Source: Armatimonadota bacterium (GTDB lineage: Bacteria; Armatimonadota; SYMT01). Taken from it: DNA of 64,000 nt. Of the stretch, positions 30,952 to 39,897 are shown piece by piece (within the stretch, counting starts at the first letter, position 1; each line of letters starts with the position of its first letter). Made by a program: the position numbers and the translations under genes. Under the pieces are notes generated by a model that worked only from the letters and a program-made list of their open reading frames with translations, was not told the DNA's origin and did not search any database. Location: positions 128,001 to 192,000 of the forward strand of contig JAWLHY010000006.1 in assembly GCA_041690135.1 (NCBI GenBank), written 5' to 3'.

Positions 30952-31611
30952 AGGATCGCTGTTGCCGGAGCCCGGTCCTGCCCAGTGGCGCCACTCGCCG
31001 CCGCTGCCTCCGGCTCTCCTCACTCGCCGTGGGGCGCCGCCGCCGGCGCCCCACATAACGGGCGCTCGCCCGCTGGGCGGGATAGAGTTCAACAGCGCGG
31101 ACACTGTATCCTTTACCGGGCGCCCCATCCCTCCCGCGGGAAGAGTTACTGCCATGCACGCCCGCAGCTGGCCGCTAGCGACGGCCGGGTACCCACTATG
31201 TGGGTGGGGCTGGCGGGCAGGGAGCGTAAAAGGCCGAGCGAAGGGCCGAAATCACGTGAGGTCGTCACCCAGCAGGTGAGGGCCGGGGGGACTTACCGCA
31301 CAGGCTCACCGAATGCCTCGTCGCTTTCCCGACCCAAAGGAGCAAACCCTCCACTTCCCGTCCAACGGACAATCACAGGGGACCACCCTGCCCCTTCATC
31401 AAGCGTGCTGGAAGCCGGAACGATTGCGGAAAGGTCGCTCGTCAAACGAGCCGGGTGTAAAGCAGGAGTGTCACTTCCCTTAAGTACCTGTAGTATCCCG
31501 GGAGGCCTTAAACAATCAGCCCCGGCCCGAGCCTGCGCCTCAGCAAAAGTGCGTGCGGGAGTGCCAGAGCAATTGTCACGCCATTCCGAGGCCCAGAGAA
31601 GCATGAAGACC

Positions 31612-32035
31612 CGGCAGGACGGGTAGCCGAGGCAGGGTCGCCAAGCGCCGATGCAATCGGCGCGTCCACACTAAGGGCCAGAACCGAACGGGTTGGACAG
31701 GGCGAGGACCGGGGGCGTGATCGCAAGGGCTGGCGCCGGTGGAGAGGCCGAGGTGCCAGATCGGGAGGCCGAGTCAGGGTCGCGAGTTGCCAGACTGGCG
31801 TCTGGACTCCCATAGGCTCCACGACGGTGGCTGGTTGGTATTACAGGTGCGTAGACGGTGACCGCAAGGGCTGGCGCCGATGGGAGAGGCGGAGGGGGCA
31901 GAACGGGAAACCGGGGCAGGCTCGCGAAACGCCGATGCAATCGGCGAGCCCACACCAAGGGCCAGGACCGGACGGGTTGGCAGGGTGAGGACCGGCGGCG
32001 TATTCGCAAGGGCTGGCTTCAGTGGAGAGCCGGAA
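31612..32035 (-). repeat. Locus 4 of ~142-nt repeat family (three units plus a partial), opposite strand
   Basis: GCGA tail starts at 31925, 31783 and 31641 (142-nt period); heads alternate CGCCGAT-TGC-ATCGGCG / CCAGAC-GCCA-GTCTGG / CGCCGAT-TGC-ATCGGCG. Confidence 0.9.
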
Positions 32036-32326
32036 CCGCCGGTCCGACCCCTCCAAGAACTGAATCCCTCCGCGCGACCAGCCGCGGAGAGTTCCTCACC
32101 AGCCACGAACCCCCGACCCGCCCCCTTCCATCCCATCTTCGCGCCTTCGCGAGATCCCCTCCTCTCCGCGTCCTCCGGGTGCCGGGAACCCGCGAATCGG
32201 CCGTGGGCGACTTTTCCCGCCCACACTCCCCATTCCCGCCTTTCCCCTTCCGCCCCCCTTTCCGTCCCTCTTCCCTTCCGCGCCTTTCCGCGTCCTTCCG
32301 CGGGCAACTCTCCCCCTTCCATCCTT

Positions 32327-32349
32327 CCCAATCTGTGAAATCTGTGGCT
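32327..32349. repeat. 23-bp direct repeat, copy 2
   Basis: Identical to 27462-27484. Confidence 0.9.
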
Positions 32350-32382
32350 TCCCTTCGTGGCTTGGCGCGAGATCAGCTCCCA

Positions 32383-33192
32383 CTACCTGCCTTTGCGCCA
32401 GTCACTCCCTGCCAGGATGCCTCCATCCACGGCGATCACCTGGCCGGTGATGAAGTCCGCGGCCGGCGAGCAGAGGAACACAGCGGCGCCGGCCAGCTCG
32501 TGCGGCTCACCGAAGCGACCGGCCGGTGTGCGGTTCAGCACCCACTGGTAGCGGGGCTGGAAGTCGGGGTTGTCCTTCAGCGGCGCGGTCATCTCCGTGT
32601 GGATCCAGCCGGGGGCGATGGCGTTCACCTGAACGTTGTAGTCGGCCCACTCCACCGCCAGGAGACGGGTCAACTGCTGCAGGGCGGCCTTGGAGGCGGT
32701 GTACGCGGGAACGGTCGCCACGCCCATGAAGGCAGTCATGGAGGAGATGTTCAGGATCTTTCCCTGTCGCCGCTCTACCATATGCTTGCCCACGGCCTGA
32801 GTCAGGAAGAAGGTGCCCTTCAGGTTCGCGTCGGTCACGAAGTCCCAGTCCGCGGGCGTGTATTCCAGACTTTCGTTGCGGACGTTCACCCCGGCGTTGT
32901 TCACCAGGATATCCAGGTGGCCCAGTTCAGCCACGATCCGCTCCACCGCGGGGGCATGGCCTTCCAGGTCCGCCACGTCCAGCGGCACGCACAGGGCGCG
33001 GCGGCCGAGGGCGGCTTCGATCTCCTCGGCCACGGGTTCCAGGGACTCCAGCTTGCGGCCGGCCAGGGCCACCTCCGCCCCCGCGCCGGCCAGCGCCAGG
33101 GCCATCGCTTTTCCCAGGCCCCGGCTGGCGCCGGTGACCAGGGCCGTCTTTCCGTCGAGTCGGAACTGGGTGAGGATCTGTTTAGGGTCCAT
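32383..33192 (-). CDS. SDR oxidoreductase (KduD / gluconate 5-dehydrogenase-like)
   Basis: TGASRGLG, NNAG, YTASK, NAIAPG. Confidence 0.9.
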   Translation of the reverse strand: MDPKQILTQFRLDGKTALVTGASRGLGKAMALALAGAGAEVALAGRKLESLEPVAEEIEAALGRRALCVPLDVADLEGHAPAVERIVAELGHLDILVNNAGVNVRNESLEYTPADWDFVTDANLKGTFFLTQAVGKHMVERRQGKILNISSMTAFMGVATVPAYTASKAALQQLTRLLAVEWADYNVQVNAIAPGWIHTEMTAPLKDNPDFQPRYQWVLNRTPAGRFGEPHELAGAAVFLCSPAADFITGQVIAVDGGILAGSDWRKGR

Positions 33193-33200
33193 GTTCTCTA

Positions 33201-33209
33201 TGCTATAAT
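33201..33209 (+). promoter_or_regulatory. Extended -10 promoter for mfd
   Basis: TGCTATAAT (TGn-TATAAT) about 80 nt upstream of the mfd start. Confidence 0.6.
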
Positions 33210-33287
33210 ACGGGCTGCCTGCCCGGAGCGGGCGAAACGGGGTACCTTCGCCTGGGGGTACCCTTTCGGGTTGTACGCACGGAGCTC

Positions 33288-36200
33288 ATGAGCCTTCTTA
33301 AAATTCTCGACCGCCTCCACCAATCGCCGGAGTACGAACGCTGCCTCACCTCCCTCCGCACGGACCGCGCGCCGGTCTGGATCGAGGGGCTGGCCGGGGT
33401 GTCCAAAACGTACCTGGCCGCGGCCCTGGCGCAGCACCTCAACCGGGTGGTGCTGGTCGTCACCGCCAGTGAAGAGGCGGCGGAGCGCATGGTCGGGGAT
33501 TTCCCCGCGTTCGGGCTGGCGGCGCACGAAGTGGGCCTCTACCCCGCCAACGAGCTCGATTTTGAAGACCTCCTCCCCGAGGGGAAGGTGACGGCTTCTT
33601 CCGCCGCTCCGGAGCGGCGCGCGCTCTCCCGCACCCGCCTTTCCGTGCTGGAAGGACTGGCCGCCGGCGCGCTGCGGGTGGTCGTCGCCCCCGTCCAGGC
33701 TGCCCTTCGGGAAACGATCGGTTCGCTCCAGGAGAACCGGATCGTGCTGGAGCAGGCCGGCTCCCTCAACCTCACCGAGCTGGCGCGCCGCCTCACCGAG
33801 ATGGGCTACGAGCGGGTGCCCCTGGTGGAAGTGGCCGGCCAGTTCGCCATCCGCGGCGGCCTGCTGGACATCTGGCCCTCCACCCATGCGGAACCGGTGC
33901 GCGTGGAGTTGTTCGGAGACGAGATCGAAAGCCTCCGCGAGTTCGATCCCGAATCGCAGCGGACCACCCGCTCCATCGCGCAAACGGCCATTCTGCCGGC
34001 CTCGGAAACGCTCGCCCCGGCGGCCAGTCTCCACTCCATGACCACGCTGCTGGAGCACATCCCACCCGGTTCGGTCGTCCTCATCGATGAGCCCAACCAC
34101 CTCCGTGCCCGCTGGCAGGAGGCCCAGGAGATGGAGCGCCAGCGTCGGGAGTTGGCCCGTACTACGGACCAGGTCCTCCCGGACCACCTGCTCCCGCGGC
34201 CGGCCCAATCGATCGACCTGGATACCTTCATCCACCGGGTCCAGAATTTCCGTCTGGTCATCCTCACCCTGCTCGCCCAGTCCATTCCCTGGTTGAAGAA
34301 GCTTATGGACCAGTGCGAGAAGGCGGTAATGAACTCCGGGGTGCTGGACGCCGTCCACGGCGATATCCCGGAACTGGTGAACCGCATTCGCGTCTTCGTA
34401 GGCAGCGGCAACCACGTGGTCATCGCCAGCGATCAGCCGCACCGGGTCGCCGAGCTCCTGGCCGAGCACCAGCTTTCGGTCACCGCCGAAGAGGGGCCAG
34501 CCCGGAAGCCAGGCGAGCAGACGGCGGCGGAGAGTGCGGACGGCAACGGAAAAGGCTCGCGAGTAGCCACGCCGACGGACGATCTGATCATTCGCGCCCG
34601 GCACGGACGCCTCAGCGGCGGCTTCCGGCTCCCAGGCGTCAAGCTGGTGGTCCTATCCGATGCGGAGATCTTCGGCGCCGGCGCCGAGCGCGCCCGTGCC
34701 CGCGCCGGCCGGCCCCAGCGCAAGTTCAAAGAGGGGCGCCCGATCATGTCCCTCCTGGAGCTCAAGGAGGGAGATCTCGTCGTCCACGTCACGCACGGCA
34801 TCGGTCGCTACCGGGGCCTCGTCCGTCGCAACGTGGGCGGAGTGGAGCGCGAATTCCTGCGGATCGATTACCACGATCCGGATCGCCTTTTCGTGCCGAG
34901 CGATCAGCTCGACCGCGTCCAGAAATACATTGGCGCGGACGGGCAGCAGCCCACGATCCACCGGCTGGGGAGCCAGGAGTGGAACCGCACCAAGAGCCGG
35001 GTCCGCGCCAAAGTCCAGGAGATGGCGAAGGAGTTGCTGGAGCTCTACGCCCGCCGACAGGCGGCGCCCGGCTACGCCTTCTCCCCGGACACGGTCTGGC
35101 AGGCCGAGATGGAAGCGGCCTTCCCCTACCAGGAAACGCGCGACCAGTTGGTGGCCATCGAGGATACCAAGAAGGACATGGAGCAGGCGCGGCCGATGGA
35201 TCGCCTCGTCTGCGGCGACGTCGGTTACGGCAAAACGGAGGTCGCCATCCGCGCCGCCTTCAAGGCCGTCACCGACGGTAAACAGGTGGCCGTCCTCGTG
35301 CCTACCACCGTCCTCGCCCAGCAACACTTCAACACCTTCTCGGAGCGTCTGGCCGCTTTCCCCCTCAATGTCGAGCTCCTTTCCCGCTTCCGCGCGCGGA
35401 ACGAGGTCAAAAAGGCACTCGAAGGAATCAAGGACGGGACGGTCGACGTCGCCATCGGCACGCACCGGCTACTTTCCAAAGACGTCCAGTTCAGCAACCT
35501 GGGCCTGGTCATCGTCGATGAAGAGCAGCGGTTCGGCGTGGCCCATAAGGAGCGCCTCAAGCAGCTCAAGGCCTCGGTGGATGTCCTAACGCTCACGGCT
35601 ACGCCCATCCCGCGCACCCTGCACATGTCGCTGGCCGGGATCCGCGACATGAGCGTCATCGAAGAGCCGCCGGAAGGCCGCCTGGCCGTCCGCACCTACT
35701 GCATGGAGGCGGACGACCAGGTGGTGCGCGAGGCGATCCTTCGCGAGCTGGACCGGGGCGGGCAGATCTTTTACCTGCACAACCGCATCGAGTCCATCTA
35801 CCGCGAGGCGGAGCGCCTGCAGCGGCTCGTACCGCAGGCGCGGATCCGGGTGGGGCACGGGCAGATGAAGGAGACCGAGCTCGAAGACGTGATGGTCTCC
35901 TTCTACGAGGGAGAGTTCGATATCCTCGTCTGCACCACGATCATCGAAAGCGGTTTGGACATCCCCAACGCCAACACGATTCTGATCAACAACGCCGACA
36001 CCCTCGGTCTCTCGCAGCTCCACCAGCTTCGTGGCCGGGTTGGGCGCTCCTCGGTGCAGGCCTACTGCTACCTGCTCTATCGCCCCTTCAAGGAGCTCAG
36101 CGAAACGGCGGAAAAGCGCCTTCAGGCCGTACGGGAGTTTACGGACCTCGGCGCCGGCTTTAAGATTGCCATGCGGGACATGGAAATCCGCGGGGCGGGT

Positions 36201-36815
36201 AACCTCCTGGGTGGCGAGCAGCACGGCAACATGGTTTCGGTCGGTTTCGATCTCTACTGCCAGATGATCGAAGAGGCGGTGAAGGAGCTCCAGGGAGAGG
36301 TGATCGAAGAGGTCCTTCTGCCGTCGGTCTCCCTGCCGATGAGCGCCTACCTGCCCGAGGAGTACATTCCCACCGACGGGCTGCGAATCGCGTTCTACAA
36401 GAAGATCGCCGCCTGCCGTTCAGCAGAGGAGTTGGACCGCGTGCAGGCGGAGTTGGAAGACCGGTTCGGAGATCCGCCCAAGACGGTGTGGAACATGCTT
36501 TCCATCATGCGCCTGCGCATCCAGTGCGTGGCCGCCGGCATCGCCCGCATCGAAACGGACAAGGGCAGCGTCACCCTTTGGATGGCCCGCCGCGTGGACA
36601 AAGAGGAGCAGAAGGACCTCTACCGGCTGAACCGCCGCGCGCAATTCATGCCGGACCGGATCGTCCTCTACTTCGATGGCGAGAACCCGCTCCGGCCGGT
36701 AGAGAACATGGTCAAACTGCTCGAAAAGAAGGGCGGCAAAACGGCCGCCGCCGCGGTCCAGAAGCAGTTGAACGCCGCCAACGCCGCCGAAGCCCTCACC
36801 GCCGGAAAAGGATGA
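33288..36815 (+). CDS. mfd: Transcription-repair coupling factor
   Basis: UvrB-like N-terminus, CarD/RID (VVHVTHGIGRY), GDVGYGKT, DEEQRFGV, TATPIPRT, QLRGRVGR, TRCF C-terminus. Confidence 0.98.
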   Translation: MSLLKILDRLHQSPEYERCLTSLRTDRAPVWIEGLAGVSKTYLAAALAQHLNRVVLVVTASEEAAERMVGDFPAFGLAAHEVGLYPANELDFEDLLPEGKVTASSAAPERRALSRTRLSVLEGLAAGALRVVVAPVQAALRETIGSLQENRIVLEQAGSLNLTELARRLTEMGYERVPLVEVAGQFAIRGGLLDIWPSTHAEPVRVELFGDEIESLREFDPESQRTTRSIAQTAILPASETLAPAASLHSMTTLLEHIPPGSVVLIDEPNHLRARWQEAQEMERQRRELARTTDQVLPDHLLPRPAQSIDLDTFIHRVQNFRLVILTLLAQSIPWLKKLMDQCEKAVMNSGVLDAVHGDIPELVNRIRVFVGSGNHVVIASDQPHRVAELLAEHQLSVTAEEGPARKPGEQTAAESADGNGKGSRVATPTDDLIIRARHGRLSGGFRLPGVKLVVLSDAEIFGAGAERARARAGRPQRKFKEGRPIMSLLELKEGDLVVHVTHGIGRYRGLVRRNVGGVEREFLRIDYHDPDRLFVPSDQLDRVQKYIGADGQQPTIHRLGSQEWNRTKSRVRAKVQEMAKELLELYARRQAAPGYAFSPDTVWQAEMEAAFPYQETRDQLVAIEDTKKDMEQARPMDRLVCGDVGYGKTEVAIRAAFKAVTDGKQVAVLVPTTVLAQQHFNTFSERLAAFPLNVELLSRFRARNEVKKALEGIKDGTVDVAIGTHRLLSKDVQFSNLGLVIVDEEQRFGVAHKERLKQLKASVDVLTLTATPIPRTLHMSLAGIRDMSVIEEPPEGRLAVRTYCMEADDQVVREAILRELDRGGQIFYLHNRIESIYREAERLQRLVPQARIRVGHGQMKETELEDVMVSFYEGEFDILVCTTIIESGLDIPNANTILINNADTLGLSQLHQLRGRVGRSSVQAYCYLLYRPFKELSETAEKRLQAVREFTDLGAGFKIAMRDMEIRGAGNLLGGEQHGNMVSVGFDLYCQMIEEAVKELQGEVIEEVLLPSVSLPMSAYLPEEYIPTDGLRIAFYKKIAACRSAEELDRVQAELEDRFGDPPKTVWNMLSIMRLRIQCVAAGIARIETDKGSVTLWMARRVDKEEQKDLYRLNRRAQFMPDRIVLYFDGENPLRPVENMVKLLEKKGGKTAAAAVQKQLNAANAAEALTAGKG

Positions 36816-36828
36816 AAGGAATCAACGA

Positions 36829-37020
36829 ATGACGGAAACGGATACCAACCAACTGCGCTGCGACACGTGCGGAAAGCCGAGCAAAACGGTGAGCCGCGTC
36901 GTGGTGGATAGCGGCTATAACCGGGCGAACGCGCGCCCGCTGTACAATTGCCCGGAGTGTTACGAGAAGAAGCTGCGCGAGCGGGAAGGCGAGCCCGCGG
37001 CCCCCGCGGCGAAGCCATGA
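36829..37020 (+). CDS. 63-aa CxxC...CxxC zinc-binding microprotein
   Basis: CDTC and CPEC; AAGGA RBS; ATGA overlap with plsC. Confidence 0.75.
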   Translation: MTETDTNQLRCDTCGKPSKTVSRVVVDSGYNRANARPLYNCPECYEKKLREREGEPAAPAAKP

Positions 37021-37721
37021 ACCTGCGACCGCGGCGGCTGGCCATCGCCGCGTCCAGTGTTCTGCTGCATGGGCTCTTCCGGCTCTTCGGAGGCTTTCGC
37101 GTCCGAGGACGGGAGCATGTGCCGGCCCATGGGGCGGCGATCCTGGCGTCCAACCACCTCAGTTGGGCGGACCCGCCGGCCATCCGGGCCGTCATTCACC
37201 GGTCGTGCTGGTTTATGGCAAACCACGACCTGTTCGAAAAGCCGCTGTTGGCGTCGCTGATCCGGCTCTACGGCGCCTTTCCGGTCCACCGCGGCGCCCT
37301 CGACCGCGACGCCCTGCGCCAGGCGGAGCAGTATCTCCGCGACGGCGACCTCCTCTGCATCTTCCCCGAAGGCGGCACCACGATTACAGGTACGCTCTAC
37401 CCGTTCGAAGGAGGCGTGGCGCTGCTGGCGATCCGGAACAACGTGCCGGTGGTGCCGATTGCCCTCACCGGCACCGATCGCGTCCTTCCCGCGGATATGC
37501 GCCCGCGCTTTGCCCGCGGCGGCGTCACCGTCACCTTCGGCCCCCCCATCCACCCGGACGAAATCGACCCCTCACTCCCCCGCCGGGAGCGCGTGGATCT
37601 CTTCACCGAACGTCTCTATCAGGCCGTGGCCGCCATGCTCCCGCCGGAGTATCTCCCCGACGAACTGGGGACCAACACGCCTACCCCACCACCCGACGCA
37701 CCCGCCCTCTCTCACCGGTAG
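37017..37721 (+). CDS. plsC: 1-acyl-sn-glycerol-3-phosphate acyltransferase
   Basis: NHLSWAD (HX4D), FPEG, VPVVP. Confidence 0.9.
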   Translation: MNLRPRRLAIAASSVLLHGLFRLFGGFRVRGREHVPAHGAAILASNHLSWADPPAIRAVIHRSCWFMANHDLFEKPLLASLIRLYGAFPVHRGALDRDALRQAEQYLRDGDLLCIFPEGGTTITGTLYPFEGGVALLAIRNNVPVVPIALTGTDRVLPADMRPRFARGGVTVTFGPPIHPDEIDPSLPRRERVDLFTERLYQAVAAMLPPEYLPDELGTNTPTPPPDAPALSHR

Positions 37722-37822
37722 CCCGCAATCAGGACGTCTACACCCGAGTCCAAGCGCCCCTGGTCAGGACAGTCGTCCTGTTGTGAAGATGGGACCGTGG
37801 AAGCGCTGCGGATACCTTCGCT

Positions 37823-38779
37823 TCACTCCTCGCCGATGACGCGGACTTCCGTTTCCAGCCACACTCCGAAGTTTGCCTGGACTTGCTCCCGAACATGCTG
37901 GATGAGAGCGAGCACGTCGGCTGCGCGGGCGTCGCCACAGTTCACGATGAACCCGGCGTGCTTGGGAGACACCTGTGCTCCTCCGATCCGATAGCCCTTC
38001 AGACCGAGTTGCTCGACCATCGGGCCCACGAATTTGCCAGGGGGGCGTTTGAAAACGGAACCGGCGCTAGGCATCGATAGCGGTTGCTTCGACTCCCGCA
38101 GGTACTGGTTCTTGGAGACCTGGCAGAGGATCCGTTCGTGGCATTCCGGGCGTAGCTCCATCTCCACATCGGCCACGATCCACGGTTTGCTCTGCAGCAG
38201 GCTGGAGCGGTAGGAGAACTGCATCTCCTCGGCGGTCAACACCCGCAGGCGGCCTTCGTCGTCCACGACGCGGACCCGGGTGACCACGTCCTTCATTTCA
38301 CCACCGTAAGCGCCCGCGTTCATCATCACGCCGCCGCCAATGGTGCCGGGGATGCCACACGCAAACTCGAGACCGGCCAGTCCCGAAACAGCCGCGGTAC
38401 GGGAAACCACCGCGAGGAGCGCGCCCGACTGGGCGTAGCCGGAAGTGTCGCGGAACTCGATGCGGGAGAGGTTCTCCGCCACTTTCAGCACGACCCCTCG
38501 GATCCCGCCATCGCGGATCAGCAGGTTGCTGCCGTTCCCGATCACCGTGAACGGCACGCCCGTTTCCCGCACGAGGGGAACGATGGCCTGGAGATCGGTT
38601 ACCGTCCGAGGCAACAGGAGAACATCTGCCGGGCCTCCTATCCGGAAACTGGTGTGCCGCGATAACGGCTCCTGGAGCCGGATTTCCGTGTCCTTCAGGT
38701 GGCTCTCCAGCCGCACCAACAACCGATCCGATACTTCCGGGTCCAGCCCCACTTTTGCCTCCGTTGCCACTCCCGCCAT
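37823..38779 (-). CDS. murB: UDP-N-acetylenolpyruvoylglucosamine reductase
   Basis: HTSFRIGG, GNGSN, IPGTIGG, MNAGA, SAGSVFK, HAGFIVN, LETEV. Confidence 0.97.
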   Translation of the reverse strand: MAGVATEAKVGLDPEVSDRLLVRLESHLKDTEIRLQEPLSRHTSFRIGGPADVLLLPRTVTDLQAIVPLVRETGVPFTVIGNGSNLLIRDGGIRGVVLKVAENLSRIEFRDTSGYAQSGALLAVVSRTAAVSGLAGLEFACGIPGTIGGGVMMNAGAYGGEMKDVVTRVRVVDDEGRLRVLTAEEMQFSYRSSLLQSKPWIVADVEMELRPECHERILCQVSKNQYLRESKQPLSMPSAGSVFKRPPGKFVGPMVEQLGLKGYRIGGAQVSPKHAGFIVNCGDARAADVLALIQHVREQVQANFGVWLETEVRVIGEE

Positions 38780-38826
38780 CGCCGAACAGCCTGCCTTTAG
38801 ATTCTCGGTGAGTGAGGCGGGGAGGC

Positions 38827-39888
38827 CTACTCCCCCTTCCCCGTGACTTCTCCCTCCGTCTCCAGCCCCAGCTTCCGCTCCAACTCTTTCACTCGCTTCA
38901 GCAATTGGGGCAACTGGCCAAGTGCTGCTTCCAGGCGCACCGCCTCCCGGTGCGGCCGCGCCGGATGGCCGGAGATCATCTTCCCTGCGGGCTGGTCGCC
39001 CCAGATCCCGGACTTGCCGCCGGCCATCACTCCGTCGCCAATCTTGATGTGATCCTTCACCCCCGACTGCCCCGCCAATACTACCCCGTTGCCGAGAACG
39101 GCACTCCCGGCGATCCCCACCTGGGAAATGATGAGGCAGTGGGCCCCCGTGCGCACGTTATGGGCAATCTGGACCAGGTTGTCCACTTTGGTGCCCGGAC
39201 CGATCACCGTTTCACCGGTAGTGGCCCGGTCGATGGTGGTATTCGCACCGATCTCCACGTCGTCCGCGATGCGCACCCGGCCTACCTGGGGAATCTTGGT
39301 GTGCTCGCGCCCGGACCACTCGTAGCCAAAACCATCCGAACCGACCACCGTTCCCGACTGGATGCGCACGCGGCTCCCCACGATCGTCTGCGGATAGAGC
39401 ACCACCTGCGGGTAGAGCACGCTGTTCTCGCCCACTTCCGCCTCTTCCCCGACCACCACGTGGGCGTGGACCACCGCGCCCGGCCCCACGCGGGCGCCCC
39501 GGCCGATCACCGCATACGGCCCAATCGAGCAGCCCTCACCCAACTCCGCCTGCGGATCCACGACTGCGGTCGGGTGCACTCCCGGCGCCGGCCGCACCTC
39601 CGGCCGCAACAACTCCAGGGCGCGAGCAAAGGCCAACTTGGGTTGTGCCACGCGGATGCAGGGTCGCGGCATGGGCTCCATTTTGGTGGAAATGAGAAAG
39701 GCGCTCGCGGAAGTGGCCAGGGCCGTTTCCCGGTAGCGCTCACTCTCGACCCGCACGATCGTGCCCGGAGCTGCGTCCTCGAGACCCGCGGCCCCGTGGA
39801 TCACTACATCCGGATCGCCGGCTACTTCTCCGCCCAGCGCTTCCGCCAGGTCTGCCAGGGAAATGACCCGCGCTGCTCTTAACATCAC
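38827..39888 (-). CDS. lpxD: UDP-3-O-acylglucosamine N-acyltransferase
   Basis: Hexapeptide repeats; GSDGFGY, IGANTTIDR, KVDNLVQIAHNV. Confidence 0.95.
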   Translation of the reverse strand: MMLRAARVISLADLAEALGGEVAGDPDVVIHGAAGLEDAAPGTIVRVESERYRETALATSASAFLISTKMEPMPRPCIRVAQPKLAFARALELLRPEVRPAPGVHPTAVVDPQAELGEGCSIGPYAVIGRGARVGPGAVVHAHVVVGEEAEVGENSVLYPQVVLYPQTIVGSRVRIQSGTVVGSDGFGYEWSGREHTKIPQVGRVRIADDVEIGANTTIDRATTGETVIGPGTKVDNLVQIAHNVRTGAHCLIISQVGIAGSAVLGNGVVLAGQSGVKDHIKIGDGVMAGGKSGIWGDQPAGKMISGHPARPHREAVRLEAALGQLPQLLKRVKELERKLGLETEGEVTGKGE

Positions 39889-39897
39889 TCAGCTCCT

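Noticed and set aside
29557-31626. 689-aa plus-strand ORF (and similar long ORFs at 4203-5663, 14109-15620, 22705-24444, 31858-33291, 41972-43948)
   Set aside because: Antisense or off-frame shadows of well-supported genes, expected in high-GC DNA; no recognisable motifs
31612-32035. CRISPR array
   Set aside because: Period of 142 nt, inter-hairpin sequences similar to each other rather than unique spacers, and no cas genes
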